A stretch of 54,257 nt of DNA. Source: a virus (taxonomy: Duplodnaviria; Caudoviricetes). The notes under the pieces were generated by a model. It was not told where the DNA came from, searched no databases, and worked only from the letters and a program-made list of their open reading frames with translations. Both the position numbers and the translations under genes were made by a program. This document shows positions 54,257-54,257 of the stretch, in pieces (positions within the stretch are counted from its first letter, which is position 1; every line of letters begins with the position of its first letter). The stretch is taken from positions 1-54,257 of IMG/VR virus record IMGVR_UViG_3300031938_000005; one strand, given 5' to 3'.

Positions 54257-54257
54257 G

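Noticed and set aside
1-54257. Prophage, lysogeny module or alternative genetic code
   Set aside because: No integrase, repressor or host genes were seen; long genes are intact under the standard bacterial code

Overview
The window looks like an essentially complete ~54 kb genome of a lytic, siphovirus-type tailed phage, probably of an actinobacterial host (inferred from high GC, DUF3039-like and MSMEG_6728-like genes). All credible genes are on the minus strand. Reading from 54257 downwards: putative small terminase, HNH, amidase endolysin, collagen fibre module, terminase, portal, fused protease-capsid, tail, holins, an array of self-contained promoter-gene-terminator cassettes (21.8-27.4 kb), a fused helicase-primase-family B polymerase, many small genes, an SF2 helicase, a candidate origin, and a 909-aa single-chain two-barrel RNA polymerase (GADFDGD). 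No integrase or repressor was seen. The most notable candidate system has three parts. (1) A 27-bp motif TCGCA-N14-YATAAT-GA occurs 12 times at fixed spacing and probably is the promoter of the phage's own RNAP. (2) The motif drives small-protein cassettes and also ORF-less cassettes that fold into ~53-61 nt three-way-junction RNAs, one resembling a tRNA elbow without an anticodon arm. (3) The RNAP shares an N-terminal L-x-H|(Y/F)G tag with three small head-module proteins, and L-x-H recurs in the capsid scaffold, suggesting virion packaging. An aberrant tRNA-like gene and a TPP-riboswitch-like fold lie at 10.2-10.5 kb. All family calls come from motif recognition by eye, not from database searches.
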